This document shows positions 28,649-40,836 of a DNA stretch of 64,000 nucleotides, piece by piece. Within the stretch, counting starts at the first letter, position 1; each line of letters starts with the position of its first letter. The notes beneath the pieces were generated by a model. That model was not told the DNA's origin, made no database searches, and saw only the letters and a list, made by a program, of their open reading frames with translations. Position numbers and translations under genes: made by a program. The stretch comes from Octopus sinensis (Eukaryota), in the NCBI RefSeq assembly GCF_006345805.1, contig NC_043004.1, forward strand, positions 53,568,001 to 53,632,000, written 5' to 3'.

Positions 28649-29125
28649 CAAGTTTATTCAAAAAGAATGAACCATTTCATTACTCAATATTTTAATAAAG
28701 AAAAGCAATACAAAACTTCAGCTAAGTCACAAGTATTTAGTCGCAATCAACTTGTATTTGCTATGTTACAGGTGTTCAATGTGACCACCACCTGCAGCAC
28801 GGGCAACATCAATGCGATAAGAGAATGTGTATCAGCTTATTGAAATCAGGTTTATTATGGAACTAACGAATAAAGATAAAGCATTCAACCAGACAGCCAA
28901 AGAAGTTCTCAGTGAATCGTGATATGCTGATACGCGTGTGGGAGGAATTTGCCTACCGCACTGAGGTTGCCCGTGCTGTAGGTGGTGGCCACATTGAACA
29001 CTTGTAAGACAGTAAATAAAAGTTGATTGTGAGTAAATACTTGTGACTTGGCAGGAGATTTCTATTGTTTTTCCTTATTAAAATAATGTGCAATGAAACC
29101 GGGTCATTCTTCTTGAATAACCCTG
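28649..29125. mobile_element. Foldback mariner-type MITE made of two transposon right ends
   Basis: TA-flanked, with ~180-bp imperfect inverted arms. Each arm encodes the transposase C-terminus ..ARA(V/A)GGGHIEHL*. Confidence 0.85.
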
Positions 29126-29158
<33 letters not shown>

Positions 29159-29171
29159 ATGTGTGTGTATA

Positions 29172-29211
<40 letters not shown>

Positions 29212-29320
29212 TATATATATATGGGGTTATTCAAGAAAGAAAAACAATAGAATACACCAGCTCTATATGTATACATGTATATATACATATGCATGTACCT
29301 GGGTACATATATATATATAT

Positions 29321-29352
<32 letters not shown>

Positions 29353-29871
29353 TATGCTTTCGGTGCGAATGGGTTCTGTACTGCACCGATTTTACAATAC
29401 TGTAAATAATAATAATGGTATTTTTATATAAGCTTAAAGCTTATAGCGATCCCCACGCAATGGCTAAGGAAAATAGTCTAATAAAGAGGCATATAAAAAG
29501 AAAAAGAATGATTTAGGCCTTTATTTCAAAAAACTGTATGCTAAAAATACGACTGCATTCCGATATGATCTTTTTTATTAATGCGTTCTCGAAGTACCTG
29601 TCACAATGTTACCGCTAGTCGAACAATTAGGTTCATAATTCCCATCTTTGTCATTAAAGTTACTACACCATCTGAACATCTTTTTCTGAAGGTAAGGTGG
29701 TTAAACTGCTCCGCTAACACGTGTAAAATGAAGTGCTTATATCATAATAATGCAGATTTTTCCCGCCAGGACTTCTCCGTTACAGCCTTAGTGCCTCATT
29801 CATCGAATTTATTGCTGTGGCGTATGTTGTGTATGAAAGGTAGCATTGCTTCCAGTACCTGACATGTATAC

Positions 29872-30103
29872 CTATTTCTTTACTACCCACAAGGGGCTAA
29901 ACACAGAGAGGACAATCAAGGACAGGCAAACAGATTAAGTCGATTACATCGACCCCAGTGCGTAACTGGTACTTAATTCATCGACCCCTAAAGGATGAAA
30001 GGCAAAGTCGACCTCGGCGGAAATTGAACTCAGAACGTAACGCAGACGAAATACGGCTACGCATTTCGCCCGGCGTGCTAACGGTTCTGCCAGCTCGCCG
30101 CCT
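29872..30103 (-). mobile_element. SINE family B
   Basis: Reverse complement of the 25273 consensus. Confidence 0.9.
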
Positions 30104-30247
30104 GAGATGTATACCCTTAACTAAATGTATAGAGTATGGAATTGATTTCTCCTATCAACCTCGAAATAAATGAATATTTATAAGTAGTTAATTTCATTTC
30201 GGATATAATATCGAAAATTTAATTTAAGATAAATAATCTATAAATAA

Positions 30248-30728
30248 CATAAGGGGGATCAGCCATCTGAATGTGGCTAGGGTCAGGGCGGGGTGGTGGG
30301 GGTGTTACTGATGCATTTAGCCCCAGGCGAACATCAACGTCACCAGAAGGGCTGACACTATCTCGGTGTCCTTGCCAGCCTGCAAAGGGAGATCAGCCTC
30401 CCCGAAGATACGGATACTACACGGACCGGTTTCGAGGTTATTGCCTCTTGTCAACGTATGGTAAGCACCGCCCTTCGTTGAGATACTTCCCCTACAGGCT
30501 GGATATATAGGGATTTTCACAGTAACCACAGTCACTGGCGTAGAAAATCCGTTCGAAAACAATAATAAATCTCTGAGCGAGATATAAACAGTAACTGCTC
30601 TATAACATAAGGGGGATCAGCCATCTGAATGTGGCTAGGGTCAGGGCGGGGTGGTGGGGGTGTTACTGATGCATTTAGCCCAAGGCGAACATCAACGTCA
30701 CCAGAAGGGCTGACACCATCTCGGTGTC
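30248..30728 (-). mobile_element. Retrozyme-like / non-autonomous Penelope-like insertion, 1.34 copies of a 358-nt unit, 10-bp TSD
   Basis: 30248-30372 is repeated at 30606-30730 (2 substitutions). CTATAAATAA occurs at 30238-30247 and 30729-30738. The unit is GC-richer than its flanks and contains a hammerhead motif. Confidence 0.8.
30415..30463 (-). ncRNA. Minimal type I hammerhead ribozyme motif, U3-A8 core variant
   Basis: Minus strand reads TACCATACG-TTGACAA-GAGG-CAATAA-CCTC-GAAA-CCGGTC-CGTGTAGTA. Stem I is 9 bp with one mismatch, stem III is the palindrome ACCGGT, and the GUC site lies between 30424 and 30423. Confidence 0.8.
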
Positions 30729-31319
30729 CTATAAATAAATTCAACTTAAATAAAGGTGCATACAATTTTATCGCTTTATAAATGGCATAGAAATGCTACA
30801 TATGAAATTTTCAGTATATATATCAGTATATACAATATTAAGCCGCTACTTTCGCAGGAATATACTTCCATCATCCGTACATTAATACTTTACAGTCCAA
30901 TATATACATGTATGTATGTGAGTATATGTATGCAATTATATACGTATATGTGTGTGTGTATTGAGAGAGGAAGACAGAAAGAGAGAAAGGAAAGATACAC
31001 CTACAATAAAATTAGTAACTTAACACATGCGCAAAAATTATTTAGTTAATTTTCAATTTTTGCATTAATAAATATATAAAATATACTACACATGGGAGTG
31101 CGTGTGTGTTCGTGCCTGTGTATGTGTGTATGTGTGTGCGCGCGCGCCTAAACTTTCATTTATCTATTTTATGTATGTGTTAGTACATACACACATACAT
31201 TCATACACGAATACATACACGCATACATACATACATGCGTACATACGGGCATACATATATATATGTGTGTGTGTGTGTGTTGGTGTGTGTGTGTGTAGAC
31301 GATATATATATATATATAT

Positions 31320-31357
<38 letters not shown>

Positions 31358-31424
31358 GTGAGGTGTGTGTGTGTGTGTGTTGTGTGTGTGTGTGGATGTG
31401 TGTGTGTGTGTGTGGACGATAAGA

Positions 31425-31686
31425 AGATGGAGGAAAAACCACAATTAGAAATGTGTCTGTGGTGCTAAAAAGCCGTTGTTTAATTGTTAAGCAAGGTGAG
31501 GGTAAGAGTTTACAGCTGTTTCTGTGTACCATAGTGAGGCAAATATGCATTTACCTCGTGGCAGATGTCATCAGAACGAAGAAGGCAGCGATGGACAAAG
31601 AGGAGAATAGAGCAAAGCATAGAAGGCGAAATAAAAAAAAACATGATCAATGATTCGGAAATCCAACCCACATTATAAATAAATTA

Positions 31687-31722
<36 letters not shown>

Positions 31723-31727
31723 AATAT

Positions 31728-31778
<51 letters not shown>

Positions 31779-32502
31779 TACGCTAGCCTATCCCGACCCA
31801 CATTATCAGTAAATAACTAATACAACAAAGCTACTTTCTACGCTAGACTACTTTCTTCCTATAATTCTTTTCTGTCGAGAACCACCAACTCTTTGACACG
31901 TTTAATTTCCTCATCTATCTTTTTCTTTACCTTTTCATTGCACTCCTCAAGCCTAAATATGATTCCACTACTTTGTCTTTGTGGGCTTAATCGCACTCTC
32001 GCTAGATATAAATTTTACCCTCATTTACGGCTGCCTCTGAAAATATACCAACTACCCACAACCTATAGATTTGTGACAAATAGCTTCTATTAACCACTCC
32101 GGATATCCCTAATTAGGGATAACTCCCTCAGATTACACCGGCGGTCAACTAACTGAACAGGCAGACACGTGGAAGTCATGATAATACCTAACTACGAGAC
32201 TTCGTATCCAGCCATCCTCTATTCTTCAACTACCGCACAATAAATTTAATGAATTTTGAACACAACCAAAATGTAAGTTTCGAATCATTGAACATTTTCT
32301 TTTCAAATTTCGCCCTGTATCTTTCGCACTATTCTCATCTTTGTCTATCTCTGCCTTCTTCGTTCTGATAACGTCTGCCATTTGCAACGAGGTAAATACA
32401 TATTTGCCTCAACTATATTACACAGAAACAGCTGTAAACTCACCTCGCTCAATTAATTAAATAATGGCTTTTTAGCACCACAGACACACTTCTTTTCCTC
32501 CA
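31425..32502. repeat. Inverted pLTR-like pair (arms about 31425-31660 and 32277-32502)
   Basis: GTGTCTGTGGTGCTAAAAAGCC..TCAGAACGAAGAAGGCAG..TGATTCG is mirrored in reverse complement. The arms carry CTGATGA/CTGATAA followed by a hairpin but no GAAA. Confidence 0.75.
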
Positions 32503-32667
32503 TTTTCTTATCGTCTACATATACATTAAACTACGGTTTACCTCTTAAATTACCTGCTCCGTATACCTTATACCAAGGACAATACTTACTGAGGTAATTA
32601 CCAGGAGTTCCTCTGGATACTTCTGTTCCTTACAAGGCTTAATACCACTAACTTATACCTTATATAT

Positions 32668-32713
<46 letters not shown>

Positions 32714-32791
32714 TATATATCTACATACATACTTACATATAGATATATATACATATATATATACATACACGCACACACACATATATATATA

Positions 32792-33045
32792 CTTTTACTA
32801 TTCTTTTGCTTGTTTCACCCATTTGACTGCAGCCATGCTGGAGCACACCTGAAAGTGTTTCAGTCAAAGAAATCGATCCCAGGACTTATTGTTTGTAACG
32901 CTAGTACTTATTCTATCGGTGTCTTGGCCGAACCGCTAGGTTACGGGGACATAAACACGCCAGCATCGGTTGTCAACTAATGGCCGGGGGATAAACAGAG
33001 ACACACACACACAGACACACATAAATATATACATATATATGTATG

Positions 33046-33120
<75 letters not shown>

Positions 33121-33281
33121 ACGGGCTTCTTTCTGTTTCCGCCTACCAAATCCACTCACAAGGCTTTGGTCGGCCCGAGACTATAGTGGAAGACACTTGA
33201 CCAAGGTGCTACGCAGTGGGACTGAACCCGGAACCATGTCGTTGGAATGCAAGCTTCTTACCACACACCGAAGCCTACGCC
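32792..33281 (-). mobile_element. SINE family A, followed by extra tandem copies of its 5' 35-mer up to 33356
   Basis: Reverse complement of family A. CTTACCACAC..CGCCTATATA unit present three times. Confidence 0.85.
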
Positions 33282-33578
33282 TATATAGCATCTTACCACA
33301 CAGCAACGTCTGCGCCTATATAGCATATTACCACAGAAGCAAACCTGCGCCTATATATACACATATATACATTGGCCTAGCTTCTTCCTCTCCACCGATT
33401 TGTAAGTATAGAATCGTGATTCATAATGCGTAGCAATCATAGTACTGCAGATATTTCGTTATAATTTATTATGTACTGAAATTAATATTACGAGGAGAGC
33501 TACGAAACAGCCGTAATCCTAAGGATGACAAGTGGGTGAATACATATATTCACCTCTCATACTTTCTGTCTTTTATGG

Positions 33579-33625
<47 letters not shown>

Positions 33626-34056
33626 TGTGTGTGTATACATACATATCCATGCAAATTATATGCGTGTTTAGATAAATCAATTTAGATACCACTTTCTGAA
33701 GGTCAGTTAATATCTGTCCTCATAATCTTTATCATTTTTCACTCTACAGCACGTCATGGAGTGCAGGAATATTATTTTGCATTGTTAATCAATTGTTCTT
33801 GAAATAATGCTACTTAGCAACAGAAATTTTATATTGTATTTATCAGGTCAAAAATCTTAGCTTTAATCGCACACTCGAATGGTATTAAGTTTTTCAGTAT
33901 CTTTGTTTTATCCTGTGTTGATCTTACAATATGCACAAATAACAGATTATGGATTCTTCAAGTGTGTTTCAGATATTATATAAGTTAAGATAGACACACA
34001 CTAGCATACACATATGTATGTATATATTTATGTTAACATATGTGTGCGTGTGTTTA

Positions 34057-34287
34057 GGGCGGCGTGCTGGCAGAATCGTTAGCGCGCCGGGCGAAATGCT
34101 TCGCGGTATTTCGTCTGTCGTTACGTTCTGAGTTCAAATTCCGCCGAGGTCGACTTTGCCTTTCATCCTTTCGGGGTCGATAAATAAAGGACCAGTTTCG
34201 CACTGGGGTCTATGTAATCGACTTAATCCGTTTGTCTGTCCTTGTTTGTCCCTTCTATCTTTAGCCCCTTGTGGGTAGTAAAGAAAT
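34057..34287 (+). mobile_element. SINE family B
   Basis: Matches the family B consensus. Confidence 0.9.
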
Positions 34288-34297
34288 ATATGTGTGC

Positions 34298-34332
<35 letters not shown>

Positions 34333-34353
34333 TGTGTGTGCGTGTGTGTGTGT

Positions 34354-34535
34354 GGAGGTGCAATGGCCCAGAGGTTAGGGCGATGGACTGGCGGTCGTGG
34401 GATCGCGGTTTCGATTCTCAGACCGGGCGTTGTGAGTATTTATTGATCGAAAACACCTAAAGCTCCACGTTGCTGCTGTACTCTTTCACCACAACTTTCT
34501 CTCACTCTTTCCTCCTGTTTCTGTTGTACCTGTAC
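34354..34535 (+). mobile_element. SINE family C, partial
   Basis: GGAGGTGCAATGGCCCAGAGGTTAGGG head, internally deleted. Confidence 0.8.
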
Positions 34536-35712
34536 GAGAATTCTTGAAGAGATCAATCGAAATTTAACTATGCACGCAATCCTTTCTCTATATATGTTGT
34601 GTTTTCAAACTTTAGCTAAAAGTAAATAGTTGCAAGAAACTAATAACGGTCAAAGTAGAGTATTTCACAATATGTTATCATTACGAGACGGGACACAGTA
34701 GAAATATGGTCATTATTATGATTATAAAAGAGGATATATGTAGTGCTTGTTGAGTAGCATGTGCTCCACTTTTTACATTTGTAGAAATGCATATAGATAA
34801 GGATACATATGTGAATGTGTATGTGTATATATATATATATATGTATGTATGTGTGTAGGTATGTATGTGTGTATGTATGTATGTATGTATTTATGTATGT
34901 ATGTGTGTGTGTGTAAGTATGCTTTGGTGTGTATATGAGACCTATTATGTATTTATCTCTTTAAATATGTATATATACATATAGTTAGTACAAAGAAGGA
35001 CAAGCGAGAAAAACAACAACACGAGGACGTGGAACTAGCACTGTGTTATTGGACGCTCAGGAAAGGAGTTCTTCATCAGAAATATAGAAAAAGTCCAAAG
35101 AAGGGAAGAGGGAGAAAGAAAATCATCAACGATACACACGCGGTATTGAAATGACCGGAAGGGAATGGAGAAAGAAAAAGTTCTTTCAAAGACAGGAGAG
35201 TGCAAGAAAAGGAGATATATGTGCGTATGTGTGGGTATGTGCGTTGGTACAGGTCTGTGTGTGTATCTGTGTAATGATAGCACGTGTATGTGCGTATGTG
35301 TGAGTGTGCGTGTGTGTACGTGTGGTTGTGGGTGTTTGTTTGTATGTATGGTTGGACTTAGTGTCGCTTAAGGTCGTAGGAAGAATTTGTAGTAAGAATT
35401 TTGTCTGCTGTGTGTCTCCCTAGACGTGTGCGTAGGAGAATGGTCAGTAAAAAGGAATACAGAAAAGAAGGCAAAGCATCCAGACAGCTAGATGATACAA
35501 AAAAGGGACGACAAAACATCCAGACGGATGATACAAAAGAGGGATATACATATTTAAAGCACATATACCAAATGCGTGAAGTATGGCATCACATATTCAT
35601 TATATCCACTACTTTTAAATAGATGAATATTTCTGAGATCACGCGTGCAAAATCGCAAGTGAATATTTAAATATATATCACACAAATCCACAAACATAAA
35701 TATGTATCTAAT

Positions 35713-35773
<61 letters not shown>

Positions 35774-36097
35774 GACACACACACTATATATATAGACATA
35801 TACACAAACACAGTCAGTTTCTGTATCTCTTTTCCTTTGAACATCTTCTTCTTCAAACATTAGCCTGCTGACTCTCATCTGTCCGATCTCTTTAACCATA
35901 GACATTTTATTTTATAACTTTCGAGTTATCAATGTATTCCATGTGTTATTCGCTTTCTGGCGTGTCATAGTTACCTATTTCTACGGAGCATACTTTCTAA
36001 TATGCACCTGTGTGTGTTTCTGTTCTAGTGTGAGCGTAATATTCTATCTACGTTCAAGTATATTTGTATTTATATCTAGCTACACACACACACACAG

Positions 36098-36190
<93 letters not shown>

Positions 36191-36280
36191 TACATACATA
36201 CATATACATACATACATAGATACATACATACATACATATATACATACATACATACATACATACATACATACATACATACA

Positions 36281-36316
<36 letters not shown>

Positions 36317-36627
36317 TTGAGGTTATGAGAGGTAATGTTGTCAAGAAGACCCAAAGGTAATGCAGAGTGAGTACTATGGACAGACTATAGCTAAGCTCCA
36401 GGTTCGGTGATTATGCGAATGATGGGTCCAACTTAGGACCCCTCAACATGCCTATATACAAAAATTAACAGAGTGAGGTAAAAATTCAAGGCTGTCAAAG
36501 ATTTCAGAACATTTATAAAGAGGTCTTCCACAGCTGTTTCCGGGATATTTTATATATCCCTTCATCGGAGACGGTGTGAGAAAATGGCTAAGCTACAGTT
36601 ATTCTAGATAAGATATGAAATTGAAAG

Positions 36628-36860
36628 TGAGGTGGTGGAATGTAAACAGACGGGAGTTATGCAGGGATATTGTATCAGCAGCTCCATTATTTAGGCAGAA
36701 TCGTATACATATAGTATTTAAAATTGGTCATTCCAAGCATAATATTGGAACTTACTCACAAGATACAGGAAAGTTATATGTATACGATTCTGCCTAAATA
36801 ATGGAATTGCAAATACAATATCCCTGCATAACTCACGTCTGTTTTCATTCCTCCACTTCA
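36628..36860. repeat. Hairpin element with ~85-bp arms abutting a Tc1 relic
   Basis: AAACAGACGGGAGTTATGCAGGGATATTGTAT..GGCAGAATCGTATACATA is mirrored by TATGTATACGATTCTGCC..ATACAATATCCCTGCATAACTCACGTCTG. Confidence 0.8.
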
Positions 36861-36861
36861 G

Positions 36862-37899
36862 ATCCGTCATCCGTCAGTTGCTCAGAAACAGGAGAAAATC
36901 ATCGAGTTTTGTGCGGACTTCAACGTGGCAAGTACTTCACAAATTTCAACCAGAACTGTTAGAAGAAAGCTTGTAGAGTACGGTCTGAAAGGCTGTAAAG
37001 CCAGGAAGAAGCCATATGTTTCAGAAGCGAATATGGAAAAACGTATTCAGTGGGCTAAAAACCACTCATATTGGACCAGTGAGCAATAGTCGAAAGTCAT
37101 GGTCTGATGAAAGTAACTATGAAGTAAGATAGTACATGTATTCAATCAACATATAAATTTAATGTAATTTGTTGTCCAAAATATACATAAAAAATTATCC
37201 AACATAAAGCTAATATTATTCTTCATGTTTTTACTCAGGTTTTCGGTACATCTGATGCAAATTTCGTGCGTCACAGAGTTGGGGATGTATTTAACGCTGA
37301 ATGTCTGGTACCAACCGCGAAACATGGGGGTGGTTCTAGCGTGGTATGGACCAGCATGCCTGTCACAAAACCCAGAGAAATGTTTTATATCAGAGAAGGA
37401 TGAATTCAGCTACCTATGTTTCTATGTTACGGGATATTTTGGAGCCATCAATTGCATCCAGGAGTGTCGGAAAACTGTTGTCTTTTAACAGGAGAACGTT
37501 CCATGTCATACTGCAATGATTACTCGTCAATGGCTTGAGACACAAATTATTGTTCCCATAGACTGGTCAGCTCAATGTTCCGATCTAAATCCGATCGAAT
37601 ACCTATGGAGAACTCTTGATGAAGCTCTCAGGAACACAACAATTAAAAATAAAGAGAATTTGTACCAAAAGTTGAGAGAAGAATGGAGTAAAATTGCGCC
37701 AAGCACCTGCAAGAAATAAACTGATTTGATGCCTAACTTTATAAAAGCGATAATAGATGCTAAAAGAGGGTCACCCACACATCAAAACTAATGTATATTG
37801 TGAAATATACCATAATCTACCATGTGAACGAGTTTCATTAACATTGAGATAGCAGAACCCAAACACGTTGGGGTGGCCTAATACTTTTGGCCAAGGCTG
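36862..37899 (+). mobile_element. Tc1 (DD34E) transposon relic with a GT-AG intron; right TIR present, left TIR not found
   Basis: ISTRTVRRKL..KARKKP, WSDESNYE|VFG..KHGGGS, ..DLNPIEYLW with 34-residue spacing. The terminus AATACTTTTGGCCAAGGCTG is followed by TA. Confidence 0.88.
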
Positions 37900-39076
37900 T
37901 ATATCCATACGTATATAGATATGCGCTATGAGTGTCATTGCTAATGTGAGTCGTTTTACACATTAAATTGTTTGAATTTTTTTTTTATATTCACAGAGCC
38001 TTTCATGGTTTTCAAATGCGATCTGTTGATTAGGTGTGTTTTTCAACTTTTGTCATACTCAGCTTCGCATGATTGGTCCTCAGACAATTAGTCATGCCAC
38101 CAAGGTTTCTAAGAATTTTTGTTAGGAATCTAACGTTGTTATCCGAATGGAAAAGCAGTAATTTGTTCAAATATATGTTTGACTTAAATGATCCAATATT
38201 TCTTGTTTAGAGAAAACAAAACTGGTTCCTCTTTCTAGAAAGAAAAATGACCTCATAAATATGCTCTTATGGGTTAACGTAATGTACGTGTCCGCTTATG
38301 TGTTTGTGCATTAACACTAACAATGAAGATATGATTTGACCCTACGTAAGAACCCGTTCTCACAGTAAAGCATTGAAATCATGGAAGCAAGAGGTAGTTT
38401 ATTAGGTAGATAGATAGATATTGATAAAGGTATATTCAGATATAATTAAATATATAGGAGCGTGTGAGTGTATGTAAATATCTATTTATGCGCTTACACA
38501 AACACACACGTTGTAGTTCTTTACCGATTTTCTTGTACGAATTTCCACTGAGAAATCGGATGTCAACTCCATTTTATAGAAACTTTTGCCGATGGTACCA
38601 TGCAGTACTGTCAAAATTTTAATTATTCTCGTTTTCTTTTCCCCTATTGTTTATTTACTCTGATATGAAGCCGAATGAGAATTTCATGCATTTTAATACC
38701 CTTCACTCTTTCTCCTATAATCTTCAAAGTTTTATTAATTTAATTATCACATTTCTCGTATGAGTTAAAATGATAACTTTTTGACATGTCATCGTCCTAG
38801 TACAACAATGGTGGTTTTCATGAAGATATATTCTACGTCTAACATTGTAAAGCTTCACAAATGCTATAAATAAATAATACAAACGTGTTAATAACTAGTC
38901 TATCCTTCCATTTACTGTCTCCGTAATATCCAATATTGCAAACATATTTGAGCTGGCACAGGAATATTTCACTTCTTTCCGAGTACTATGCCATCGTCAA
39001 ACTGAATTCCATCAACATTTCTCTGTCATGCAATCATTGCCACTTTTGATCACTTGAGGGCAAGTGCTCAAACACA

Positions 39077-39114
<38 letters not shown>

Positions 39115-39398
39115 CACGCATTCTCATACATCCACACTTACACACATACACACATATAGAATTCCCTGTTGGAACGGTAGATTTATGCTAAAAATAATAG
39201 CGTGTAGATACTGAGATAAACAACCTTTTGAAAGGAAGAACCTGAAGAATCTCATCAAATACAATTTTCGACGGTTGGAATAAGGCTTCTAAAATGGATA
39301 GGAACACTTAAAGAAACGGGTTGTTACAATGGTAACAAGAACTACAATGGTGGCAAGAACTCAAAATTCTGTGTATTTATATTTGCTCTAATTTCACT

Positions 39399-39449
<51 letters not shown>

Positions 39450-39699
39450 TCGGGGTGAGTACTTGATAATTATAAGCACCTGTGTATACCGTTTGGTGGT
39501 TTAGGTGGTGGAGTAAATTGATCAAAATAAAAACATGATGCCAAGGATTCAGCGGTACATATGTTTCGGCCTTTATTAGACAGATTTATAACAATGCATA
39601 ATGTATGTCTGTGGCCTTCTTCAGCTGCGCACAACAGCTTCCACAAGGACATGTGTTACATCAAAATTCTTGGTTGGGGATGCAAATCCTCTCATTCGC

Positions 39700-40443
39700 G
39701 TACGACATAATGCGGCAACAGCATAGAATTGAAGCGTCCATCTCTTTCTTCTCTCAATGAAAATAAACAAAAAACGAAGGCAGGTGGAGTACAAACAAAC
39801 AATTGTATTAGTATCACGCTCAGGAGTAGAAATAAAACAAGTCTTTTACGTTTCGAGCCTACGCTCTTCAACAGAAAGATACACAGAAAGGAAAAACGGA
39901 GAGAAACAAGGAGAGAAAAAAATGCGTGCAGGAGCTAACGATTTAACATGGCGGTCTGATTTCGGCCAGAAGTCAGAGATCAGACGTTAGACGCAAGAGG
40001 GATAGTAGGGGAGATTACAAGGTCAAATGACCTCGCCCCAACATAAGGGTGCGTGTGTGTATGAGAGAGTATGTATATGCGTATGAAAGGTCTGGACGTG
40101 TGTATGTATGTATGATGTGATGTGTAATGTCGTATGGTGTAGTGTAGTGTAGTGTGGTGGGAGGTGGGGAAAGCCCATGTGGGATGTGGGTCCGGCTGGG
40201 GGTTGGGGTAGAGTGGGGGTTGTGGGGAGGGTGAAAATGTAAAGTGGAACCGACCTATTGTTAAATACTCAAAGCTTCGTATGTATACACACACACACAC
40301 ACACACAGATACAATAGAAAATGTTCAAATCAGAAAGACTACGATTAAAATATACATATACGGTTTTAATTAGGACAAAATAAGAATCGTCCAGTCCGAA
40401 GTATATATTGATATATTAGAGATATAAAAATATATGAATACTA

Positions 40444-40475
<32 letters not shown>

Positions 40476-40501
40476 GCATATATATATATATACACACACA
40501 C

Positions 40502-40536
<35 letters not shown>

Positions 40537-40751
40537 TATGTATATATATATATATATTATTGTTTACATATCTGTATATCTATATCTCCATGCATATTTT
40601 TAGTATTCATATATTTTTATATCTCAAATATATCAATATATGCTTCGGACTGGACGATTCTTATTTTGTCCTAATTAAAACCGTATATGTATATTTTAAT
40701 CGTAGTCTTTCTGAACCTTTTCTTTTGTATCTGTGTGTGCGTGTGTTTGTG

Positions 40752-40787
<36 letters not shown>

Positions 40788-40836
40788 CATACGAAGCTTT
40801 GAGCATTTAACAATAGGTCGGTTCGACTTTACATTT
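39700..40836 (-). mobile_element. Penelope-like pLTR region with an inverted 5' duplication (arms 40235-40443 and 40601-40836)
   Basis: Same pLTR family as 41265 and 60225, with an upstream C/A-rich tract like 59800-60120. The inverted arms are directly visible. Confidence 0.7.
39842..39879 (-). ncRNA. Minimal hammerhead-like motif, A6U variant
   Basis: TCTTT-CTGTTGA-A-GAGC-GTAG-GCTC-GAAA-CG-TA-AAAGA, with palindromic ACGT and a GUA site. Confidence 0.65.

Noticed and set aside
29581-29862. 93-aa ORF with a GTAAGG donor-like site; the minus strand gives DKDGNYEPNC
   Set aside because: There is no matching acceptor or phase partner, and the resemblance to thyroglobulin repeats is too short to support.
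30244-30730. Direct repeats as a possible CRISPR array or LTR retrotransposon
   Set aside because: There are only two long repeats with no spacers, no TG..CA ends, no PBS or PPT and no internal coding region.
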